A stretch of DNA of 64,000 nucleotides from Actinomycetota bacterium (GTDB lineage Bacteria; Actinomycetota; JBBINU01). The DNA lies in NCBI GenBank assembly GCA_037443725.1, contig JBBINU010000005.1, forward strand, positions 45,334-109,333. The letters run 5' to 3'. The notes under the pieces are model-generated. The model saw nothing but the letters and a program-made list of their open reading frames with translations. It was not told the origin of the DNA and ran no database searches. The position numbers and the translations under genes were made by a program. Below are positions 9,709-18,406 of the stretch, piece after piece. Each line of letters starts with the position of its first letter. The first letter of the stretch is position 1.

Positions 9709-10749
9709 TCACCCCCCTCCCCTCGCCAGATAGTCAGCGTAGAAGAGGGCGAGTCCGAAGGCTGAGAAGATCCCAGCGAGGATCCAGAAGCGCACGGTAA
9801 CCCTGGACTCCTCCCACCCACCCAGCTCGAAGTGATGGTGGATGGGGGCCATCCGAAGGACCCGCTTGCCAAAAAACCGGAAAGAGACCACCTGAGCCAT
9901 GACGGAGAGGGCCTCGAGCACGTAGAGCCCGCCCAGGATGGCCAGGAGCACCTGGGTCTGGGTGAGAACGGCCAGAGCGGCCATGGCCCCTCCAAGGGCG
10001 AGGGAACCGGTGTCTCCCATGAAGATGTCCGCCGGTTGCGCGTTCCACCAGAGGAACCCAAGGACGGCGCCGAGGAGGGCAGCGGAGAGGACAGCCAGGT
10101 CGCCCGAGCCCCTCACCTGGTAGCACCAGGGCCCGGCCGGGGGAAGGCAGGGGTGCCTGAACTGCCAGAAGGCGATCACCACGTAGGCCGAGAAGACCAT
10201 GGCGGAAGACCCGGCGGCCAGGCCGTCCATCCCGTCGGTGAGGTTCACCGAGTTCGTAGCCCCCCAGACCATGACCACCACCCAGAGGAGAAAGAGAGCG
10301 GTTGGGAGGGGAACGAAAGGTCTGAACAGGCTTAATGAGGAGGGGGAACCGGTCTTGAGGACTGCAAGGGCCAGCCCCACCCCGCCGGCGGCCTGGAGGG
10401 CGAGCTTGGCCGCCTTGCCGAGTCCGAGGGACCTCTTCCTCCTGGCCTTGATGAGGTCGTCGGCGAAGCCAACGGCCCCGAAGTACAAGGTCCCGCCTAG
10501 AGCGACCAGACCGGCCGCACGAAAGGGAAGAGCGAGGAGAAGATGCGCCAGGGCGTATCCCAGAAGCGCGGAGAGGAGGATGGCCGTCCCACCCATGGTG
10601 GGCGTCCCCACCTTCCGCCCATGGCTACCCCAGAGTTCCTCCCTTATGTACTGGCCCATCCCGAGGTCGAGCAGCCACCGCCTGAGCATGGGGGTGACCA
10701 GCAGGGAGGCAAAAAGGGAAATCCCGCCCGCCAGGAGTATGGGGCGCAA
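9709..10749 (-). CDS. mraY: Phospho-N-acetylmuramoyl-pentapeptide transferase MraY
   Basis: 10 TM protein with MraY motifs (GTPTMGG, NSVNLTDGMDGLA, MGDTGSLALGG, HHHFE). Confidence 0.9.
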   Translation of the reverse strand: MRPILLAGGISLFASLLVTPMLRRWLLDLGMGQYIREELWGSHGRKVGTPTMGGTAILLSALLGYALAHLLLALPFRAAGLVALGGTLYFGAVGFADDLIKARRKRSLGLGKAAKLALQAAGGVGLALAVLKTGSPSSLSLFRPFVPLPTALFLLWVVVMVWGATNSVNLTDGMDGLAAGSSAMVFSAYVVIAFWQFRHPCLPPAGPWCYQVRGSGDLAVLSAALLGAVLGFLWWNAQPADIFMGDTGSLALGGAMAALAVLTQTQVLLAILGGLYVLEALSVMAQVVSFRFFGKRVLRMAPIHHHFELGGWEESRVTVRFWILAGIFSAFGLALFYADYLARGGG

Positions 10750-10752
10750 GGC

Positions 10753-12288
10753 TCACCCCTCCCATCCCAGTCGGGCCAGCTCTTCCCTGACCACTTGGAC
10801 GTCGTCGAAGGGGATCACCTTGTCCCGGAAGACCTGGCCCTGCTCGTGACCTTTCCCCGCCACCACCACCACGTCACCGCTCTCAGCCCAGGCCAGGGCT
10901 GCGGCTATCGCCTCCCTCCTGTCCAGCACCACCCTGGTTCTGTCCCGAGCTCCGTCCGGAACCCCCACCAGAATTTCCCGGGCAATCTCGGCGGGGTCCT
11001 CCCCTCTGGGGTTGTCCGTAGTGACCACAATGAGGTCGGCCTCCTCCCCGGCCACCCTCCCCATCTCCGGCCTCTTCCCCCTGTCTCTCTCCCCCCCCGC
11101 CCCGAACACCACAGCCACCCTTCCCTCCGCCATCTCCCTCGCCGCCCGCAGCACCGAGAAGAGGGCATCAGGGGTGTGGGCGTAGTCGACCAGGACACAA
11201 AAGGGCTGTCCCGCATCGACCGGCTCCACCCTCCCCCGGACCCGCTTCACGGCAGCCACTCCCCGGGCAGCGGCCTCCAGGTCCAGACCGAGAAGATGGG
11301 CGGTGGCCAGCGCGGCCACGGCGTTCGCCACATTGAACCTCGCCACCAGCGGCAGCTCGACGCTGAGGGAAACTCCCGGCCCGCGGAAAACAAACCTCGA
11401 CCCCTCCTTCCCTGTGGCCACCAGGCGAGCGCTGTACTCCCCTCGACCTCGAAGGGAGTAGCCGTGGGCGGGGACCCGAGCCGCTCGGAGGGCCCTCTCC
11501 CCCCACGGCGAGTCCAGGTTTACCAGGGCCGCCGAGGCGAGCTCGGGGCCGAGAAGCCTGACCTTTGCCCGGAAGTACTCCTCCATGGAGCCGTGGAAGT
11601 CCAAGTGGTCTCTGGAAAGTCCGGTGAATATGGCGATTCTGAAATGGGACCCGTCCACCCTGTGCTGCGCCAGGGCGTGGGAGGAGACCTCACACACACA
11701 CGCCCCCTCCCCAGCCTCCCTCATCCGGGCGAGCAGGAGCTGAAACTCCGGAGCCTCCGGGGTGGTCCTCACCGCCGGGCCGCTCTCCCCGCCGACCCTC
11801 ACCTCCACCGTCCCCACTAGGCCAGAGCGGAGCCCTGCCGCTTCCAGAGCGGCCCTTGTGAGATATGCCGTCGTGGTCTTCCCGTTGGTGCCCGTCACTC
11901 CCACAAGGACGAGGGAGCGGGAGGGGTGGTCGAAGAAGGCGGCGGAGATGGGTCCCATCGCCTTCCTCACGGACGCCACCCTCACCTGGACTATGGGGGC
12001 GCGGGCGGGCCTCTCCACCACGGCAGCTACAGCGCCGCGGGCCGCAGCTTCGGCAGCGAACTCGTGGCCGTCATGAACCGCCCCCGGGACACAGAAGAAA
12101 AGGTCCCCCGGTCTTACGCGGCGCGAGTCGTAGGCGAGGCCCGCCACCATCACCCCCGCCGGGTCCCCCCAGAGAGGCTGCCACCCGGCCGCTCCCTCGA
12201 GGAGCTCTAGCAGCGGGACACCGCCGGGCCGAGGTCCGGTCGTCCTAGCCACGTCCCCCATGCTAGCCTCCCCCATCCCTCGCGTCAC
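10753..12288 (-). CDS. murE: UDP-MurNAc-L-Ala-D-Glu--2,6-diaminopimelate ligase MurE (meso-DAP type)
   Basis: GVTGTNGKTTT, DYAHTPDAL, and the DNPRGE motif diagnostic of DAP-adding MurE (not MurF). GKGHE. Confidence 0.85.
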   Translation of the reverse strand: MTRGMGEASMGDVARTTGPRPGGVPLLELLEGAAGWQPLWGDPAGVMVAGLAYDSRRVRPGDLFFCVPGAVHDGHEFAAEAAARGAVAAVVERPARAPIVQVRVASVRKAMGPISAAFFDHPSRSLVLVGVTGTNGKTTTAYLTRAALEAAGLRSGLVGTVEVRVGGESGPAVRTTPEAPEFQLLLARMREAGEGACVCEVSSHALAQHRVDGSHFRIAIFTGLSRDHLDFHGSMEEYFRAKVRLLGPELASAALVNLDSPWGERALRAARVPAHGYSLRGRGEYSARLVATGKEGSRFVFRGPGVSLSVELPLVARFNVANAVAALATAHLLGLDLEAAARGVAAVKRVRGRVEPVDAGQPFCVLVDYAHTPDALFSVLRAAREMAEGRVAVVFGAGGERDRGKRPEMGRVAGEEADLIVVTTDNPRGEDPAEIAREILVGVPDGARDRTRVVLDRREAIAAALAWAESGDVVVVAGKGHEQGQVFRDKVIPFDDVQVVREELARLGWEG

Positions 12289-13943
12289 CGGGAGGGTTCC
12301 GGAATGGGCAGATCAGGAGGTATCCCCAGCCTGCCTAGGGCAAACGCCATCACGTCGCGAAAGACCGGCGCGGCGGCCTCCCCTCCCCATATGGGGGTGG
12401 GCTCGTCCAGCATCACGCCCACCACCAGCTGGGGTTTTGTCGCGGGAGCAAATCCGTAGAAGGAAGCGTAGTAGCCGCTGCCATAACCTCTCCCGTCTGG
12501 CCTTGGCTTCCTCGCCGTTCCCGTCTTCCCCGCCACCTGGTACCCGGGGATGGCCGCCATCTTCCCCGTTCCCTTCAAAACCGCCGTCGTAAGCACCCTC
12601 GTGAGAGTGGAGGCCACCGCCGGATCAAGAACCTGGAGGGTCGGACGGAGGGGTGCGGGCTCTCGGGCCCCGTCCCTTCTCACCTCCAGAACCAGCCTGG
12701 GCCGGACAAGAGATCCGCCCCTAGCAACGGCCCCGATGGCCTGAACCATCTGGATGGGGGTGACAGCGACACCCTGGCCGATGGCGAGGGTGGCCCACGT
12801 GGAGGAGGAGATCTCGCCGGGTGCAGGGAGGATACCCGCCGCCTCCCCAGGAAACCCAACCCCCGTCGGCGACCCCAGCCCGAACCGACGCATGTTCTCG
12901 AGGAGGCGCTCCGCGCCGAGCCGGCGTGAGAGGAGAATGGTTCCCACATTGGAGGATTCCGCAACCACATCCTCCACTGTCTTCACCTCCTGGGGGTGGG
13001 GCTCGGCATCCCGGAAGGTCCAGCCCCCCACCTCCAAAGCGGTGGGCACCTCCACCCTCGCCTCAGGCGAGACCCCCGAAGAGAAGAGGGCCGCGAAGGT
13101 GAGCACTTTCATGGCGGACCCCGGCTCGTAGGTCCGGTTGAAACAGTAGTTCTGGGAAGGCCGCACCCCGCCTGGGGAGCCGGGCGGCGGCCAGCTGGCG
13201 GCCGCCAGGACATCCCCGTGTTCCAGGTGGAGGACAAGAACGCATCCGCCCTTCGCCCCCGTTCTCCTAACCGCCTCGGCCAGGGAGGCTTCAGCAGTGG
13301 CCTGGAAGTCCTCGTCGAGGCTGAGAACAACATCCGCTCCCCTACGGTGGGGTTTCCCCACGGGTCTGCCGGGCAAGGGTAGGCGGCCTGACACATCCTC
13401 CTCCAGGACCACGCTCCCCGGCTCGCCCGCGAGGATCGCGTCGAGGGAGTACTCCAGCCCCTCCAGGCCCCGCCCATCAGCATCGAGAATGCCGAGGAGA
13501 GAGGTGGCGCCGGCAGGATAGATCCGCCTGGGATCGGGTTCCAGCTCCACGCCAGGGAGCTTTCCATCCCTGGCCAGTTCGTCCACCTGGAGAGCCACCT
13601 CGGGAGGGAGACGCCTTGCAAGGTATACGTACCTCCCTTGCCTCATCTTCCGGGCGAGCTCCCGGGGGTCCGCTCCGAGGAGAGGAGCGAGGAGCTCCGC
13701 CTCCTTTTCAGGGTCCCCGAGCTCGGGCTGGTAGCTAGTGACAGCGAATCCCATGAGCGAGAGAGCGAGGGGCCTCCCTCGCCTGTCGAGGATGGCTCCC
13801 CTCTCGCCCGGGATGCTCCTCACCCGGCCGGTCTGGCGGGCCGCCTCGGCGGAGTAGGTGCCCGTGCGGATCCAGCTCAGGTTCACCATCTCCGCCAGGA
13901 GGATGAAAGCAGCCGCGAGATAGGCGAGGGTTAGCCACTTCAC
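12285..13943 (-). CDS. ftsI: Penicillin-binding protein (FtsI-like class B transpeptidase)
   Basis: TM anchor LTLAYLAAAFILLAEMV, dimerisation domain, SAMK (SxxK), SSN and KTG transpeptidase motifs. Start assigned to GTG 13943 (RVKW...), because the longer ORF overlaps ftsL. Confidence 0.8.
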   Translation of the reverse strand: MKWLTLAYLAAAFILLAEMVNLSWIRTGTYSAEAARQTGRVRSIPGERGAILDRRGRPLALSLMGFAVTSYQPELGDPEKEAELLAPLLGADPRELARKMRQGRYVYLARRLPPEVALQVDELARDGKLPGVELEPDPRRIYPAGATSLLGILDADGRGLEGLEYSLDAILAGEPGSVVLEEDVSGRLPLPGRPVGKPHRRGADVVLSLDEDFQATAEASLAEAVRRTGAKGGCVLVLHLEHGDVLAAASWPPPGSPGGVRPSQNYCFNRTYEPGSAMKVLTFAALFSSGVSPEARVEVPTALEVGGWTFRDAEPHPQEVKTVEDVVAESSNVGTILLSRRLGAERLLENMRRFGLGSPTGVGFPGEAAGILPAPGEISSSTWATLAIGQGVAVTPIQMVQAIGAVARGGSLVRPRLVLEVRRDGAREPAPLRPTLQVLDPAVASTLTRVLTTAVLKGTGKMAAIPGYQVAGKTGTARKPRPDGRGYGSGYYASFYGFAPATKPQLVVGVMLDEPTPIWGGEAAAPVFRDVMAFALGRLGIPPDLPIPEPSR

Positions 13944-13965
13944 CCGCCTGGCAGGCGAGCGGGGC

Positions 13966-14484
13966 CTACCTGCTCTCGACAAAGGCCCCCCAGACGGCCG
14001 GCCGGAGCTGGACTGCTTCCCCCTCCCTCTCGTCCCCCACCGCCACCCGGCCGCCGCCCTCGGCCAGGACCCCCGTCCCCGCCCCTCCGGTGGGTAAATC
14101 CGAGGCCAGCGGTGAAGGCGGGGGAGGAAGCACGGTCCGACTCGACGCCGGAACCATCCCCAGCGCAACTGCCCTTGAGAGCAGGGTCTCCGGGGATGAC
14201 TCCTTCGCCACAGCCTCGACCAGGCTGTGGTTCCGCACCTCCGCAAGGGCCAGCCTCTGCCTCAAAAGGGCTACCTCCCTGGAGCTGCCCGCCACCCCAG
14301 CCCCCAGTGCTTGAGACAAGAGGTACGCCCCGAAGACTAGGAGGAGGGGGAGCGCGAGATCCTTTGCCGCCTTCCTCCTGGCCGGCCTCCGGGAAGGGAC
14401 CTCGTGCATACCCCGCCCACCGGCGAGGACCTCGAACCTCCTCGCCGCCTTTGCCCCCTCGAGGACCCGGGCGGGTACTGCCAT
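13966..14484 (-). CDS. ftsL: Putative cell division protein FtsL-like (single TM plus coiled coil)
   Basis: Called mainly on position between rsmH and the PBP gene. Has a single TM (LALPLLLVFGAYLL) and a periplasmic coiled coil (LRQRLALAEVRNHSLVEAV). Weak sequence signal. Confidence 0.5.
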   Translation of the reverse strand: MAVPARVLEGAKAARRFEVLAGGRGMHEVPSRRPARRKAAKDLALPLLLVFGAYLLSQALGAGVAGSSREVALLRQRLALAEVRNHSLVEAVAKESSPETLLSRAVALGMVPASSRTVLPPPPSPLASDLPTGGAGTGVLAEGGGRVAVGDEREGEAVQLRPAVWGAFVESR

Positions 14485-14486
14485 GG

Positions 14487-15374
14487 CTACCTCCTTTCTG
14501 CGACCCTCATCCTCGCCGACCTGGCCCTCGGGTTCTCCCGAACCTCCCCCTCTCTAGCCCTGAGAGGCTTCCTCACAAGAAGAAGAGCCTTCCCTTCCCG
14601 GGCGGCCTCTCTGAGGAAAACCTTGACCACTCGGTCCTCCAGAGAGTGGTACGCGATCACCACAAGCCTTCCCCCCCTCACCAAGAGTTCCAGTGCCTGG
14701 GGGAGGCTCGAGGTGAGGGCAGGCAGCTCCTGATTCACCTCCATTCGCAGGGCCTGGAAGACGCGACGGGCCGGATGCCTCCCAGACCTTCTTCCCAGCG
14801 GATAGGTGGAGAGGACAGCGGCGACCAGGTCTCCGGTGGTGCGCAGAGGCCTTCTCCGGACGACGGCCCTGGCGATCGCCGCCGCCCGCGGCTCCTCACC
14901 GAGGTCCGCGAAGACCCGGCGCAGTCTCCCCTCGGAGTAGGTGTTCAGGACCTCCGCTGCGGTGAGGCTAGAGGAGGGGTCCATTCGCATGTCCAGGGGC
15001 TCCTCCGCGGCTCGGTAGGAAAAACCCCTCCCGCTTGCCTCTAGCTGCCAGCTGGAAAGGCCGAGGTCGTAGAGGACCCCCGAGGCCTCCTCCACCCCCG
15101 CCGCCGAGGCTAGCTTCACGAGGTCACGGAAGTCCCCCCTTACCAGCCTTGCCCTTTCCCCGAAGGCCTCAAGCCTCCCGGCCGCCACCTCGAGGGCCCC
15201 GGGATCCTTGTCGATACCGAGAACGCGGTGGGAACCGAGGGCTTCGAGGAGGGCGGCGGCATGGCCCCCGGTTCCCACCGTGCAGTCCACGATCCAGCCC
15301 GGCCGTGTGGGACGGAAGGTCTCCACGACCTCTTCCGCCATGACCGGCCGGTGGACCACCTCTGCTGGCAGCAT
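14487..15374 (-). CDS. rsmH: 16S rRNA (cytosine1402-N4)-methyltransferase RsmH/MraW
   Basis: HRPVMAEEVVETF, DCTVGTGGH SAM site, AYHSLEDR. Confidence 0.9.
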   Translation of the reverse strand: MLPAEVVHRPVMAEEVVETFRPTRPGWIVDCTVGTGGHAAALLEALGSHRVLGIDKDPGALEVAAGRLEAFGERARLVRGDFRDLVKLASAAGVEEASGVLYDLGLSSWQLEASGRGFSYRAAEEPLDMRMDPSSSLTAAEVLNTYSEGRLRRVFADLGEEPRAAAIARAVVRRRPLRTTGDLVAAVLSTYPLGRRSGRHPARRVFQALRMEVNQELPALTSSLPQALELLVRGGRLVVIAYHSLEDRVVKVFLREAAREGKALLLVRKPLRAREGEVRENPRARSARMRVAERR

Positions 15375-15375
15375 C

Positions 15376-15870
15376 TCAGCTGAGGCCCTCCTCCTCTCTC
15401 TCTGCCTCGAGCTCCGCAGCGGCCTCCTCTCCCTCGGTCTTCCTGTACAGGTCGAGGTAGCTCTCGAATCCCCAGACCAGGGCCCTGTCCCTGAACCCCA
15501 CCACCATCACGGCCCCCCCCTCGGGAGGGAGGCCTATGTAACGCCTCTGGTCTCTTCTGAGGAACACCCTGCCCTGGGAGTCCGGCTGGTAGAAGTGGGC
15601 TTTGGAGCCGAGTACCGTCGCCACGAGGTTCCGGTTCTCTCCCGCGCTCCCCAGGGCCTCCTCGGCCATGGCATCCCATCCCTCAGCGTCCAGCACCAGC
15701 AAGAACCTGTATCCCCCCTCCTGGGCCTGGACGATGTACGCGCCCTCCCTGAACCTCTCCCTAATCCCCGAGGGCAGGACAAGTCTTCCCCTGGCGTCCA
15801 CAGTCACTCTGTGGCGCCCGGAAAGGACGGGCGCCTTCCGCCCACCGGGGGCAGGGAAACCATGGGTCAT
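15376..15870 (-). CDS. mraZ: Transcriptional regulator MraZ
   Basis: Two MraZ repeats (DARGRLVLPSGIRERF, DSQGRVFLRRDQRRY). First gene of the dcw cluster. Internal Met start chosen. Confidence 0.8.
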   Translation of the reverse strand: MTHGFPAPGGRKAPVLSGRHRVTVDARGRLVLPSGIRERFREGAYIVQAQEGGYRFLLVLDAEGWDAMAEEALGSAGENRNLVATVLGSKAHFYQPDSQGRVFLRRDQRRYIGLPPEGGAVMVVGFRDRALVWGFESYLDLYRKTEGEEAAAELEAEREEEGLS

Positions 15871-16077
15871 TATGCAACTCCGTGCAGCACCAAGGGCAAG
15901 TTGAGCACAATGTGGAGCACAAGTCAAGGCGGGTCTGGAGTGAAAAGAGTGCCTGTTGAGCAGGAAGTCCGCGCGGCCGTTCCAGCCCTGAAACGGCCAG
16001 CTACCGCGGAGCCCTAAGATGTGCCTGGCAACCTACGGATGGCCCGCACTCCCCCTTCTCGCGGCCCGCGCCTCGCT

Positions 16078-16674
16078 TTACCGGCTGCCTGAGGCCCTGG
16101 AGAAGGCCTCCGCCGGCGCGTACCGGGAGAGGTATGGCTCCCACTCCGGTTCCATCCCGGCCAGGGCTGCCGCGAGCCAGACCGGGCTCCTCGGCGCGGT
16201 CGGCCGGGAGAGAAGCCTGAGGCCGGCCTCATGGGGCAGGCGGTTCTGCTTCCTCCCGTTGCAGCGCCTGCAGGCCGCCACCACGTTCTCCCAGTCGTGA
16301 GCGCCCCCCCGGCTCCTCGGCACCACGTGGTCCACGGTCTCAGCCGGAGCGCCGCAGTACTGGCAGGTGTACCTGTCGCGCGCGAAGACAGCACGGCTGG
16401 AGAGGGCCGTCCTCATCCTGAAAGGAGCTCTCACCACGTACTTCAGGCGAACCACCGAGGGGGACGGCATGGCCAGGCGCTGGGCGCGCAGAAGAGCCCC
16501 ATTGGCATGCACTATCTCGGCCTTCTTGGTCAGGACGAGGACCACCGCCCGACGTATTGGGACCACACCCAGGGGCTCATAAGTGCCGTTTAGAACCAGC
16601 GCCCTTCCGGCCACTTCCTCCTCCTGACCGTGCCGAGTATACCAGCCCATCCGGGTAGCCCCTGTCCGACGCAA
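16078..16674 (-). CDS. HNH endonuclease
   Basis: CQYCG...DHVVPRSRGG...NVVAACRRCN HNH/zinc-finger motif. Confidence 0.7.
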   Translation of the reverse strand: MRRTGATRMGWYTRHGQEEEVAGRALVLNGTYEPLGVVPIRRAVVLVLTKKAEIVHANGALLRAQRLAMPSPSVVRLKYVVRAPFRMRTALSSRAVFARDRYTCQYCGAPAETVDHVVPRSRGGAHDWENVVAACRRCNGRKQNRLPHEAGLRLLSRPTAPRSPVWLAAALAGMEPEWEPYLSRYAPAEAFSRASGSR

Positions 16675-16794
16675 GACGGCGTCTCACGAGCCCTGCCGGA
16701 GGGCATTAGGCCAAGCTTAGAGCGGGCTCTTCCCCGCCGGGCCCCAGAAGCCGAGCTAACTAAAGGCCCCGGAGCGCTCGCGCTCCGGTGAGAG

Positions 16795-17106
16795 TCAGCC
16801 CGTCCTGACCCCGCCCCCGGCTCCACCCCTGGCCCGGCCCGGCCAGGACCTTCTCACCAGGCCAAGCCCCCCCGAGATGGCAAGGGCCAGGAGGAGGAAT
16901 CCTAGAGCGCCGAGCAGTGGAGACCTGGGAAAGCTGAGCAGCAAGCCGAGCCCGAACAGGAAGAGCAGGGCCAGCACCATCCGGCGCACCCCGGGTCTCC
17001 CTGGCGGGGCGGCTTCCTGAACCTGGCGGTAGAAATCGGGGTCCTCGGCAGCCAGCTGCCTCTCTATCTCCTCGAGGATCTTCCGCTCCCTGTCGGAAAG
17101 GGCCAT
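16795..17106 (-). CDS. DUF3040 family membrane protein
   Basis: MALSDRERKILEEIERQLAAEDP N-terminus followed by two TM helices, the typical actinobacterial DUF3040 layout. Confidence 0.65.
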   Translation of the reverse strand: MALSDRERKILEEIERQLAAEDPDFYRQVQEAAPPGRPGVRRMVLALLFLFGLGLLLSFPRSPLLGALGFLLLALAISGGLGLVRRSWPGRARGGAGGGVRTG

Positions 17107-18287
17107 GCTCTTCTCCCCTGACCCGCCCCGATTCTAGCCCCGGCGCCCGTGAGATTCCAGGCCTTCCCTGACCTCCCACGCTGCGCCAGGCCCGCGAGGC
17201 CAAGCAAGATTATGGCACCAAGAAGACCTCCAGCGGCGGCCGCCGGAACTCCGCCCGGAGGGCTCCCCGACCCCTCGGGGGCCCCACCGGCGATCCCCCT
17301 CGGCGACCCCGGGGAGGCCTCCGGGCTTTCCGGCTTTCCCGCGGTACACGGCTCGCCGTAATCACACCCCCCAAGACGACCCCCCGCCCCCTTCCTAACC
17401 GCCGGGCCGCCGGGCCTGGGGCCAGGGCCCGAGACAGCGGCGGGGCTGCGTCCCGCCGGGCTACTCCCCCGCCCCACCAGGGAAGCTACCGCCCGCGCCA
17501 CATCCAGACGGCCCCGGCCGTAACCTGGAACACCGCCTCCCCCTCGGGGCTGCCAGGCGGTGCTGAGGAGCACGGCCTTAACCTGGTCGGGCGTGAGGGA
17601 GGGCCTGAGGGAGAAAAGAAGGGCCGCGGCCGCGGAGACATGAGGGGCTGCCATGGAAGTCCCCGCCGCCGCCGCATATCCCCCACCGGGCACTGTTGAG
17701 AGGATGCAGTCCTCCGCGGTGCACTCCTGCCCGGAGGGCTCGCCCCCCGGCGCCACCAGATCCACAAAGGAACTCCGGCTAGAGTAGCTGGCCAGGGTGT
17801 CGTCCCTTCGGGTCGCCCCAACCAGCACGGAGTCCTCGAGGGCATCGTAGCTCGAGAAGGGCAGCCCCTCGTTCCCTGCCGCCACCACGACCAGAGCGCC
17901 GAGGTCGTGGGCGTACCTGACCGCAGCGTCCACCTCGCTGTCCCTGAGAAGCCCGATGGGGAGGATGTCGCCAAGGCTAAGGTTGACCACCCTCGCCCCG
18001 GCTTCCGCCGCCCGCCTTATTCCTTGAGCCACATCGGAGGAGGATCCGGTGCAGCTGCCCCCCCCGAGAACGCCTCGCGTGTACCTGAGGACCCTGACGG
18101 GGAGGATCCTGACCTCAGGCGCCACCCCGGCCACCCCCTTGCCCTGAGCCGCCACTATCCCCGCCACATGAGTCCCGTGCCAGCAGGGATCCCTCCCCCC
18201 GCCCACCAGGTCCAAGGGGGGAAGAACCCTTCCCTCGAGGTCCGGGTGGGAGGCGTCTATCCAGGTGTCCACAACTGCCACCACCAC
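17064..18287 (-). CDS. Subtilisin-like (S8) serine peptidase with C-terminal membrane anchor; N-terminus extends upstream of the listed ORF
   Basis: Catalytic triad contexts VVAVVDTWID, HGTHVAG, GTSMAAPHV. The in-frame upstream sequence ...RHRLVVILLLALTFQALPARGERAQWNLERVGAPQAW is a clear signal peptide plus S8 N-terminal block, but it contains no ATG or GTG (see findings). Confidence 0.8.
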   Translation of the reverse strand: MVVAVVDTWIDASHPDLEGRVLPPLDLVGGGRDPCWHGTHVAGIVAAQGKGVAGVAPEVRILPVRVLRYTRGVLGGGSCTGSSSDVAQGIRRAAEAGARVVNLSLGDILPIGLLRDSEVDAAVRYAHDLGALVVVAAGNEGLPFSSYDALEDSVLVGATRRDDTLASYSSRSSFVDLVAPGGEPSGQECTAEDCILSTVPGGGYAAAAGTSMAAPHVSAAAALLFSLRPSLTPDQVKAVLLSTAWQPRGGGGVPGYGRGRLDVARAVASLVGRGSSPAGRSPAAVSGPGPRPGGPAVRKGAGGRLGGCDYGEPCTAGKPESPEASPGSPRGIAGGAPEGSGSPPGGVPAAAAGGLLGAIILLGLAGLAQRGRSGKAWNLTGAGARIGAGQGRRAWPFPTGSGRSSRR

Positions 18288-18406
18288 ACCCGCGCCTTTC
18301 GTTACCTTCCAGGCCTGCGGGGCCCCGACCCTCTCCAGGTTCCACTGGGCCCGCTCACCCCGAGCCGGGAGAGCCTGGAAGGTGAGGGCAAGAAGCAGAA
18401 TGACTA

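Noticed and set aside
267-15900. Numerous long plus-strand ORFs (for example 808..1635, 1919..2860, 2996..3688, 8254..9765, 10543..11820) antisense to dcw genes
   Set aside because: They have Arg/Pro/Gly-rich, low-complexity translations. They are mirror images of well-supported minus-strand genes. This is the usual stop-codon depletion artefact in ~70% GC DNA.
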